Shown here piece by piece: positions 1 to 6,911 of a DNA stretch of 32,000 nt. The notes beneath the pieces are model-generated. The model was given only the letters and a program-made list of their open reading frames with translations, was not told the DNA's origin and did not search any database. How positions within the stretch are numbered: the first letter of the stretch is position 1; each line of letters starts with the position of its first letter. A program made the position numbers and the translations under genes. Source of the DNA: Nostoc sp. PCC 7120 = FACHB-418 (GTDB lineage: Bacteria; Cyanobacteriota; Cyanobacteriia; Cyanobacteriales; Nostocaceae); NCBI RefSeq assembly GCF_000009705.1, contig NC_003272.1, forward strand, positions 6,000,001 to 6,032,000, in the 5' to 3' direction.

Positions 1-2
1 GT

Positions 3-206
3 GAATCCCAGAAATGGAATCAAGTAGTTGATCAATTTCAAGAGCGTTTTGGTCAAATTATTGAAGTGTTACGTGGTTTGGCTGACTTCCGGATTTTTCA
101 ACTAACCCCCAAAGAAGGGCGTTTTGTCATTGGCTTTGGTGCAGCTTATCACATTAGTGGCGATCGCTTAGATACACTCGTCCCCATTACAGGCGATAAA
201 GGATAG
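3..206 (+). CDS. 3' end of a CDS that starts upstream of the window; tentatively HugZ / pyridoxamine-5'-phosphate-oxidase-like
   Basis: The frame is open from the window edge to TAG at 204-206 (...ADFRIFQLTPKEGRFVIGFGAAYHISGDRLDTLVPITGDKG*). The GRFVxGFGxA-type motif is recalled from the HugZ/PNPOx-like family. It is absent from the ORF track because it has no start in the window. Confidence 0.4.
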   Translation, partial: ESQKWNQVVDQFQERFGQIIEVLRGLADFRIFQLTPKEGRFVIGFGAAYHISGDRLDTLVPITGDKG

Positions 207-220
207 GGAAATTCAACATT

Positions 221-1111
221 ATGCTTCAGTTTCAACCGCCTGGCTTTGGTCATAAAGTCGTACACACATCTTTGGGCGCAATGGTTTACTATACCCAAAC
301 TGCTGCACCTTGGTGGGATGATGACTCTGAAGATTTACCACCGCTATTGTTTCTCCATAATTTTGGTGGGGGAGCGTCTGCTTATGAATGGTCTAAAGTT
401 TATCCGGCTTTTGCATCTACACACCGCATTCTTGCGCCTGATTTGATTGGCTGGGGAGAGTCTGCACATCCAGTCAGGGATTATGAGATTAGAGACTATC
501 TTACAGCGATCGCAGAATTTATCAGCCAAACTTGTCAGCAACCAGTCAAGGTAGTCGCTTCTTCCTTAACGGCTGCTTTCACTATCCGTTTAGCAATTAC
601 TCAGCCAAACCTGTTTGATTCACTCTACTTGGTCTGTCCTTCTGGATTTGATGATTTTGGTCAAGGTGCTGGTCGCAGATTACCACTACCGATGATTAAT
701 ACACCTTTATTAGATAATCTTATTTACGCCTTGGGCGCAGAGAACGAAATTGCTGTGAGGAATTTTCTGCAAAGTTTTTTATTCGCTCAACCACAACGGG
801 TTTCCCAGGAAATGGTAGACGCTTATTTATATTCTGCACAACAACCCAACGCCAAGTTTGCTGCATTATCTTTTTTAAAAGGCGACCTTTACTTTGACCT
901 GAGTTTATACATTCAACAATTGATAACGCCCACAGTTATCTTTTGGGGAGAAAAGGCACAATTTACCAGGATTGAGTTAGGGCAACGCTTGGCTAATTTA
1001 AATCCTCATGTAATTAGAAAATTTTATGCGATCGCTGATACAGGAATATTACCCCATTTAGAACAGCCGGAAATAATTATCGGCTTACTGCAACCATATA
1101 TAAAAGTATGA
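221..1111 (+). CDS. alpha/beta-fold hydrolase
   Basis: 296 aa. It has an oxyanion-hole region LLFLHNFGGGASAYEW, PDLIGWGES, a nucleophile-elbow-like VVASSLTAAF, and a C-terminal GILPHLEQPE with the catalytic-His context typical of the fold. Confidence 0.85.
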   Translation: MLQFQPPGFGHKVVHTSLGAMVYYTQTAAPWWDDDSEDLPPLLFLHNFGGGASAYEWSKVYPAFASTHRILAPDLIGWGESAHPVRDYEIRDYLTAIAEFISQTCQQPVKVVASSLTAAFTIRLAITQPNLFDSLYLVCPSGFDDFGQGAGRRLPLPMINTPLLDNLIYALGAENEIAVRNFLQSFLFAQPQRVSQEMVDAYLYSAQQPNAKFAALSFLKGDLYFDLSLYIQQLITPTVIFWGEKAQFTRIELGQRLANLNPHVIRKFYAIADTGILPHLEQPEIIIGLLQPYIKV

Positions 1112-1134
1112 GGTTTGAAAGGCTTCTGGTGTTC

Positions 1135-1166
1135 AGATACCAGACTTTTTAAACAGTCTGGTATCT
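1135..1166. terminator. 12-bp perfect stem-loop between convergent genes; candidate bidirectional terminator
   Basis: agataccagact (1135-1146) / ttttaaac loop / agtctggtatct (1155-1166). It lies between the hydrolase stop (1111) and the NADAR stop (1201). There is no clean U-tract. Confidence 0.45.
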
Positions 1167-1200
1167 ATGACTGATGAGGAAACGCTATAGTGCCTCATTT

Positions 1201-1674
1201 CTATTCCTGATAAACTACAGAAAGTATTTGTAGCTTACGTATTTCTTCACGCACACTCATGAGAATTTTTCCGAGATGATTTTGTCCAGTTTTATCTGCT
1301 CCACAGCCCCAAAAATAGTCACAAGAGGAATCTTCTACTAAAATCTCATTACCTGTACTTAAGAGAATTTCTCTAATATCAGTATGAGTCAGAAATTTTT
1401 TCAGTACAGCTTCTCGCATAACTATAGTTTTGACTAAATCCCAATCTTGGCGAAGTTGACGACTGGTACATCGTCCTAAAGCAGCAGCTTCTTCTGGCGT
1501 TTTGCTCGCACGGATAGCGGGTATAATCGCCGCATCTACACTACCAACAAACTTTTGCGCTTGATAATAATGTTCCACTGTTAACCAGTAAGTCCCCTGA
1601 ATTTCAATGCTATGGGGGGAAAAGTTAGAAAAACAGCCATAAGGCTGCCAAACCTTATAAAAGTAAATAGTCAT
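1201..1674 (-). CDS. NADAR (YbiA/DUF1768) family protein
   Basis: Family-typical motifs: FYKVWQPYGCFSNFSPH, WLTVEHYYQAQKF, DYFWGCGADKTGQNHLGKILMSVR. I start at the internal ATG (1674), giving 157 aa. The track's 43-aa N-terminal extension is low-complexity and AT-rich. Confidence 0.8.
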   Translation of the reverse strand: MTIYFYKVWQPYGCFSNFSPHSIEIQGTYWLTVEHYYQAQKFVGSVDAAIIPAIRASKTPEEAAALGRCTSRQLRQDWDLVKTIVMREAVLKKFLTHTDIREILLSTGNEILVEDSSCDYFWGCGADKTGQNHLGKILMSVREEIRKLQILSVVYQE

Positions 1675-1843
1675 TGAAAAATTGCTCTTTTTTATAGATA
1701 TATAAATCTCTATTTCTATAATGCCTGTAGATGCTGGCAAGAAGTGAGCGGCTTGGGATTGAAAGCTATTATTTGTCTGAAGATAGAGGATATTTTCGGA
1801 CAAAAATCATAATTTGGTGAAAACCCAGTTTGAGAGGTTGACA

Positions 1844-2332
1844 ATGGAAGCAAATAGTGGTTTCTTGGGTAAGCATTTACCACTAATTTCTGCGGGAATT
1901 TTTTTAGGTTTGGGATTAGGAGGCTTTGTAGATGGTATTCTCCTGCATCAAATTCTCCAGTGGCATCATATGTTGAGCAGTATTCGACCCTTGACCACCA
2001 ACTCTAATTTAGATTTAAACATGGTCTGGGACGGGTTGTTTCATGCTTTGGATTGGGTTTTGACTGTAATTGGGGTGGCATTATTATGGAGGGCTGGAGG
2101 ACGTGATGATGTGGTGTGGTCATCACACACCTTTGGCGGTTCTTTGCTTGTGGGTGCGGGGTTATTCAATGTAGTAGAAGGAATAATTAATCACCAAATT
2201 CTCGGTATTCATCACGTAAAACCAGGGGTACATCAGTTAGCTTGGGATTTAGGATTCTTGGTTTTGGGAGCCTTGCTTGTCTTGGTAGGTGGGATGATGC
2301 TACAAAGGGGCAACACTGAAATTGGTGAGTAG
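1844..2332 (+). CDS. small integral membrane protein, DUF2243-like, with duplicated His-rich motif
   Basis: Four hydrophobic helices. Two copies of a G(I/L)(I/L)xHQILxxHH motif (VDGILLHQILQWHHM and VEGIINHQILGIHHV). The ATG at 1844 is preceded by GAGAGG; the track start at 1814 is a TTG. Confidence 0.6.
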   Translation: MEANSGFLGKHLPLISAGIFLGLGLGGFVDGILLHQILQWHHMLSSIRPLTTNSNLDLNMVWDGLFHALDWVLTVIGVALLWRAGGRDDVVWSSHTFGGSLLVGAGLFNVVEGIINHQILGIHHVKPGVHQLAWDLGFLVLGALLVLVGGMMLQRGNTEIGE

Positions 2333-2370
2333 TCAGTAGTTACATTCCTTAACTTTTTGTCCAGCGACTT

Positions 2371-2976
2371 ATGTCCATAGATACCTTTGAAAAAAGCAGC
2401 TTGAATTGGCAGATCTCTCAGTTCCAACAACAAGTAGGAGAATGGCTAGAATACCAGTCATACCGCTTTGAGCAAGCATTACCGAATTGGGGTTCTGGCT
2501 GGAAACTTGCTCCGTGGGTGATTAATCTTTTGAGTGTTTTATCTTGGTCGTTACTGGTTTTATTTTTAACTGTAGTAATTTGGCGTTTATGGGTAGCATT
2601 CAGCCCTTATGTATTTTCGTGGCTAAATAACAGTGGTTATGCTCGAAACGAGGCGAAAAGACCGGCTCCAGATTTATCTGTGGCAAACTTGTTAGAGCGA
2701 TCGCAAGTACTTTATCGTCAAGGTAATTATCGTGAGGCTTGTCGTTGTCTTTATTTAGCTATCTTGCAGCATTTGCATGACAGCAAAATCATTCTGCACA
2801 AACCTAGTCGTACCAATAGCGAATATCTGCAATTGCTACGTTTGTCTACAACTCCCATCCAACCTTATGAAACTGTGATTACTACTCACGAGCAATTATG
2901 TTTTGGCAATGCAGAGATTTTGCCAGAAAATTATGAACAGTGTCGGCAAGCCTACGGGGAGATTGTCCAGGAATGA
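2371..2976 (+). CDS. DUF4129-like membrane protein, first gene of the MoxR module
   Basis: 201 aa. Long hydrophobic segment (APWVINLLSVLSWSLLVLFLTVVIW), then a helical domain (YRQGNYREACRCLYLAILQHLHDSKII...SEYL) that matches my memory of DUF4129. Its stop overlaps the next start. Confidence 0.55.
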   Translation: MSIDTFEKSSLNWQISQFQQQVGEWLEYQSYRFEQALPNWGSGWKLAPWVINLLSVLSWSLLVLFLTVVIWRLWVAFSPYVFSWLNNSGYARNEAKRPAPDLSVANLLERSQVLYRQGNYREACRCLYLAILQHLHDSKIILHKPSRTNSEYLQLLRLSTTPIQPYETVITTHEQLCFGNAEILPENYEQCRQAYGEIVQE

Positions 2977-4058
2977 AACGCTCAAATCGAGTTGCTTGGC
3001 TGGGTGCGATCGCTTTATGTGTAATGATTATACTGACTGTTATAGCTGCGCCTAATACACAAATTGATAGTGGCTCTACTTATAATCGCGCCGCCGATGG
3101 TTATGGTGCTTGGTATGCTTTTATGCAGGAGCAAGGAATTACTATCCAACGCTGGCAAAAACCTTTAACTAAACTCAACAATGAGAAAAAACCCGTTACA
3201 GTCTTACAAGTATATGGTTACCTAAGACAGCCACAATTAGATCGGGATGAAGAAAAATGGCTGGAGAAAGGGAATAATTTGGTAATTTTGGGTGTAAATA
3301 CACGGGTAAGTGCAGCCAACTTTCAGACTATGCAGGTGTCACCTGTAGGTGAGGTTAAGATTGATACTAGAAGACGTTTCCAAAAAGCTCAACAATCAGA
3401 AATTTTATTAGGCGATCGCTTCGGTGCTGTAGTCTGGGACGAGAAGCGAGAAAAAGGCAAAGTCATTTTCGCCACTACACCCTACTTAGCTGCCAACGCC
3501 TACCAAGATAATTTAAGTAATTTTCAATACTTAGCTAGTTTAGTCAACCAGAAAAACAACACGTTATTTGTAGATGAATACATTCACGGCTATAAAGATG
3601 CTGATGTTAAGGAAAGTGAAGGACAAGGTGATTTAATCAGCTATTTTGCTCAAACCCCAATGATAGTGATACTGGTGCAAGCAGGTGTTTTATTATTAGT
3701 GCTGATTTGGGGACAAAATCGCCGTTTTGGTAAGTCTATAGCTTTGACAACACCAGTTATCGATAATAGCCAAGCCTATATTCAAGCTTTGGCGGGAGTG
3801 CTACAAAAAGCCGAATCTAGCGAATTTGTTGTGGAAATGGTGGGTAAAGAAGAACAACTACAACTCCAAAAAGCTCTGGGATTAGGCACTGTGTTACTAG
3901 AACCTCAAACTCTGGTGAATATTTGGGCAGAAAAAACGGGTAAATCTGCCACAGAAATAGATACAGTATTAAAAGCACAGCAAAGAAAACGCCGTTTGAG
4001 TGAAAGAGAACTATTAAACTGGTTGGCAAAATGGCGTAGCTTGAGGGTTGGGAGTTAG
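2973..4058 (+). CDS. DUF4350-like membrane protein
   Basis: ATG at 2973 overlaps the upstream TGA (ATGA, 2973-2976). N-terminal TM helix (VAWLGAIALCVMIILTVIAAP), central TM helix (MIVILVQAGVLLLVLIWG), then a helical C-terminus. Family assignment is from memory of MoxR/DUF58 neighbourhoods. Confidence 0.5.
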   Translation: MKRSNRVAWLGAIALCVMIILTVIAAPNTQIDSGSTYNRAADGYGAWYAFMQEQGITIQRWQKPLTKLNNEKKPVTVLQVYGYLRQPQLDRDEEKWLEKGNNLVILGVNTRVSAANFQTMQVSPVGEVKIDTRRRFQKAQQSEILLGDRFGAVVWDEKREKGKVIFATTPYLAANAYQDNLSNFQYLASLVNQKNNTLFVDEYIHGYKDADVKESEGQGDLISYFAQTPMIVILVQAGVLLLVLIWGQNRRFGKSIALTTPVIDNSQAYIQALAGVLQKAESSEFVVEMVGKEEQLQLQKALGLGTVLLEPQTLVNIWAEKTGKSATEIDTVLKAQQRKRRLSERELLNWLAKWRSLRVGS

Positions 4059-4376
4059 GAAACCTCAAAAAATAAATTATCCCAAACTGATGTTTTGGTA
4101 GCTTACGTCAGTATGAATAATGTCTGAGTATAGTTAGTTTCTATCGCACTGACCCACCTTACTGATATGGCTACGCGAATGTAAGCAAGAATTTGGGGTT
4201 AGGTTCCGTCGAACTCACTTTAAGTTGAAATATGCAATACTTCTTTATGCTTGGCGGAAACAAATAATGTAGCCATTCTGAGTTTGATGAGGTAAATTAA
4301 CCACAACATATTCATTAAAGAGTAGTAAGTACTAATTAAAAAACTTAATTTTTGTTCTCTCCCTACTCTTTAATTC

Positions 4377-4411
4377 TGTAGCTTTAGCTTCCCGTAGGGT
4401 ATTTTGAATTG
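4377..4411. repeat. left arm of a 35-bp perfect inverted repeat bracketing moxR
   Basis: tgtagctttagcttcccgtagggtattttgaattg is the exact reverse complement of 5409-5443. Confidence 0.95.
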
Positions 4412-4454
4412 ATTCATCTTCCCCCGCCCCCTGCATTCTGCCACAAGGAAACTT

Positions 4455-5405
4455 ATGAGTGAAACCTATCCTATCCTCATTCACCTGGGTGAAAAACTGA
4501 ACCACGTTATTGTCGGACAATCTCAGCTAATACAACAGCTACTGGTAGGGCTATTATCGGGTGGACATATTATTTTGGAAGGAGTGCCAGGAACAGGTAA
4601 AACGCTGTTGGTGAAAGTTTTAGCACAGTTGATTCAAGCGGATTTTCATCGGGTGCAACTCACGCCGGATGTTTTACCATCAGACATTACAGGCACAAAT
4701 ATTTTTGACTTAAATAATCGTAATTTCACCCTGAAAAAAGGCCCTGTTTTTACAGAAGTTTTGCTTGCAGACGAAATTAACCGCACTCCACCAAAGACGC
4801 AAGCAGCGTTACTGGAAGCGATGGAAGAGATGCAGGTTACTCTCGATGGTGAAAGCTTACCTTTGCCGGATTTGTTTTGGGTAATTGCTACTCAAAACCC
4901 TTTGGAATTTGAGGGTACTTATCCTTTACCAGAAGCCCAATTAGATCGATTTTTATTCAAGTTAGTAGTAGATTACCCCGACCAAACGGCAGAAAAGCAA
5001 ATGCTACTCAATCGTCAAGCGGGTTTTGCTGCACGACGTTCAGATATTAACAGTCTGCAACCAATAGCAACGGTAACTGATATTTTAGAGGCACGGCAGG
5101 CCGTCAAAGCAGTTAAGGTATCGGAATCCATCATTGATTATTTATTGGCGCTGGTGAGGACATCACGTCAATATCCTGATTTGGCTTTGGGTGCGTCACC
5201 GCGTGCGGCTGGTGCTTGGTTGCAAACTTCTCAAGCAGTAGCGTGGTTAGAGGGACGAGATTTTGTCACTCCAGATGATATCAAAGCAGTTGCATCACCT
5301 TTATTACGTCATCGCCTGATTCTTAAGCCAGAAGCAATGCTAGATGGTTTACAAATGGATGCGGTAATTGCGGCGGTAGTTAATCAAGTCGCTGTCCCAA
5401 GGTAA
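4455..5405 (+). CDS. moxR: MoxR-family AAA+ ATPase
   Basis: 316 aa. Walker A GVPGTGKT, Walker B LLADEINRTPPKTQAALLEAMEE, ATQNPxExEGTYPLPEAQLDRF, and C-terminal ASPRAxxxL. This is the classic MoxR/AAA_3 pattern. Confidence 0.92.
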   Translation: MSETYPILIHLGEKLNHVIVGQSQLIQQLLVGLLSGGHIILEGVPGTGKTLLVKVLAQLIQADFHRVQLTPDVLPSDITGTNIFDLNNRNFTLKKGPVFTEVLLADEINRTPPKTQAALLEAMEEMQVTLDGESLPLPDLFWVIATQNPLEFEGTYPLPEAQLDRFLFKLVVDYPDQTAEKQMLLNRQAGFAARRSDINSLQPIATVTDILEARQAVKAVKVSESIIDYLLALVRTSRQYPDLALGASPRAAGAWLQTSQAVAWLEGRDFVTPDDIKAVASPLLRHRLILKPEAMLDGLQMDAVIAAVVNQVAVPR

Positions 5406-5408
5406 TAC

Positions 5409-5443
5409 CAATTCAAAATACCCTACGGGAAGCTAAAGCTACA
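5409..5443. repeat. right arm of the 35-bp perfect inverted repeat
   Basis: caattcaaaataccctacgggaagctaaagctaca starts 4 nt after the moxR stop. A degenerate further copy in the opposite orientation seems to follow at about 5459-5500. Confidence 0.95.
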
Positions 5444-5519
5444 AAATTCAAAATTCAAAATACGCTTTGGGTTTTCCGCAGGAGTACGAAATTCAAAATT
5501 AGGAATATGGATTCTGGGT

Positions 5520-6830
5520 ATGGTTCCAGCTAAACGGGTTTATCTACTGCTAATTTTGGGACTGACGATCGCACCAATTTTATCATTGTTCATTGGTATT
5601 CCTGCCAGTATAGCGATCGCTCTATTATTCGATATCACCGTATTAGGATTGATGATTGTCGATAGTCGGCGGGTACGTTCTCTGCGGGTAGAAGTTCAGC
5701 GTCAATTACCAGCACGTTTATCTATCGGGCGTGATAATCCCGTAATATTGTCAATCACATCAGCAAAGACTGAGGCTGTAATTCAAATCCGCGATTTTTA
5801 CCCAACTGGATTTGGTGTGTCTACACTGACACTAAATGCCATAATTCCCTCACAAGGGAAGGAAGAGATCAAATATACTGTCAACCCAACACAGCGCGGG
5901 GAATTTTCTTGGGGGAATATTCAGGTACGACAGTTAGCGCCTTGGGGTTTAGCTTGGGATGATTGGCAAATTCCCCAAAGTGTACAGGTGAAAGTTTACC
6001 CGGATTTGATCGGTTTGCGATCGCTCTCCATTCGCTTAACACTACAATCATCTGGTTCAATGCGCCAATCACGACAGTTAGGGATTGGGACAGATTTTGC
6101 TGAATTGCGGAACTATCGCACTGGCGACGATTTACGCTTGATTGATTGGAAAGCGACTGCTCGTCGTGTGGGAGTTCCATTAGTGCGGGTGCTGGAACCA
6201 GAACAGGAGCAAACCTTAATCATATTATTGGATCGCGGTCGGTTGATGACTGCCAGAGTCAAAGGATTACAACGATTTGATTGGGGACTAAATGCAACTT
6301 TATCATTAGCTTTAGCCGGATTGCATCGTGGCGATCGTGTCGGTGTGGGTGTATTTGACCGTCTCATGCACACATGGCTACCACCAGAAAGGGGTCAACA
6401 TCATTTAAGTAAGTTAATTGACCATCTGACCCCAATTCAACCAGTATTATTAGAGTCAGATTATTTGGGCGCAGTGACAAATGTTGTCAAACAACAAACT
6501 CGTCGCGCACTTGTAGTAGTAATTACTGATTTAGTTGATGTCACCGCTTCTACTGAACTCCTCGCCGCACTTACTCGACTGACACCACGCTATTTACCCT
6601 TTTGCGTCACCTTGCGAGATCCACAAGTAGACAATTTAGCACATACTTTTACTGAAGATGTCACCCAAACTTACAACCGTGCAGTTGCTTTAGATTTACT
6701 GGCGCAAAGACAGGTTGCTTTTGCTCAATTAAAACAAAAAGGTGTTTTAGTACTTGATGCGCCAGCCAATCAAATTACCGATCAGTTAGTTGATCGATAT
6801 TTGCAACTCAAAGCCCGTAATCAACTTTAA
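5520..6830 (+). CDS. DUF58 domain protein (vWA-like partner of MoxR), membrane anchored
   Basis: 436 aa. Two N-terminal TM helices. Contains the FAELRNYRTGDDLRLIDWKATAR motif typical of DUF58, followed by a vWA-like beta strand LIILLDRGRLM with a degenerate MIDAS. Confidence 0.85.
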   Translation: MVPAKRVYLLLILGLTIAPILSLFIGIPASIAIALLFDITVLGLMIVDSRRVRSLRVEVQRQLPARLSIGRDNPVILSITSAKTEAVIQIRDFYPTGFGVSTLTLNAIIPSQGKEEIKYTVNPTQRGEFSWGNIQVRQLAPWGLAWDDWQIPQSVQVKVYPDLIGLRSLSIRLTLQSSGSMRQSRQLGIGTDFAELRNYRTGDDLRLIDWKATARRVGVPLVRVLEPEQEQTLIILLDRGRLMTARVKGLQRFDWGLNATLSLALAGLHRGDRVGVGVFDRLMHTWLPPERGQHHLSKLIDHLTPIQPVLLESDYLGAVTNVVKQQTRRALVVVITDLVDVTASTELLAALTRLTPRYLPFCVTLRDPQVDNLAHTFTEDVTQTYNRAVALDLLAQRQVAFAQLKQKGVLVLDAPANQITDQLVDRYLQLKARNQL

Positions 6831-6911
6831 TATTCAAAAATTCAGAGATGAAACTTTTGTAATATCCCCATTACCCATTACCAAAATCCCTCTCCCCAAG
6901 AGATAAGAATT

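Noticed and set aside
246-541. Track ORFs 246-446 (+) and 344-541 (-) inside the alpha/beta hydrolase gene
   Set aside because: They are fully nested in or antisense to a CDS with clear family motifs. They have no RBS and odd composition (Cys/Arg/Ile-rich), so they are frame-shadow ORFs.
1675-1803. 43-codon N-terminal extension of the NADAR ORF in the track
   Set aside because: The extension is AT-rich and low-complexity (IEIEIYISIKK). The family-conserved sequence starts right after the internal Met at 1674, and NADAR proteins are typically about 150-170 aa.
2233-4068. Antisense ORFs 2233-2433 (-) and 3817-4068 (-)
   Set aside because: They overlap the 3' ends of convincingly coding plus-strand genes and show no motif or RBS. 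I treat them as shadow ORFs.
1226-4112. Shared 11-mer gtagcttacgt at about 1226-1236 (inside the NADAR 3' end) and about 4100-4110 (module gap)
   Set aside because: It is only 11 nt with no extension of similarity on either side, and one copy is inside a conserved CDS. This is insufficient to call a repeat family.
4332-4520. ORF 4332-4520 (-) spanning the moxR start
   Set aside because: It is antisense to the moxR start region and runs through the repeat arm. It has no RBS and no recognisable domain.
4377-5443. Inverted repeats around moxR as the ends of an IS element or composite transposon
   Set aside because: The enclosed gene is a MoxR ATPase that belongs functionally with its DUF58 neighbour, not a transposase. 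I could not identify target-site duplications next to the arms. I kept this as a finding about RNA structure, inversion or dispersed repeats instead.
5881-6373. Antisense ORFs 5881-6180 and 6113-6373 within the DUF58 gene
   Set aside because: They are nested antisense to a gene with strong family motifs. Their Arg/Ser/Pro/Asn-rich composition is typical of the reverse frame.
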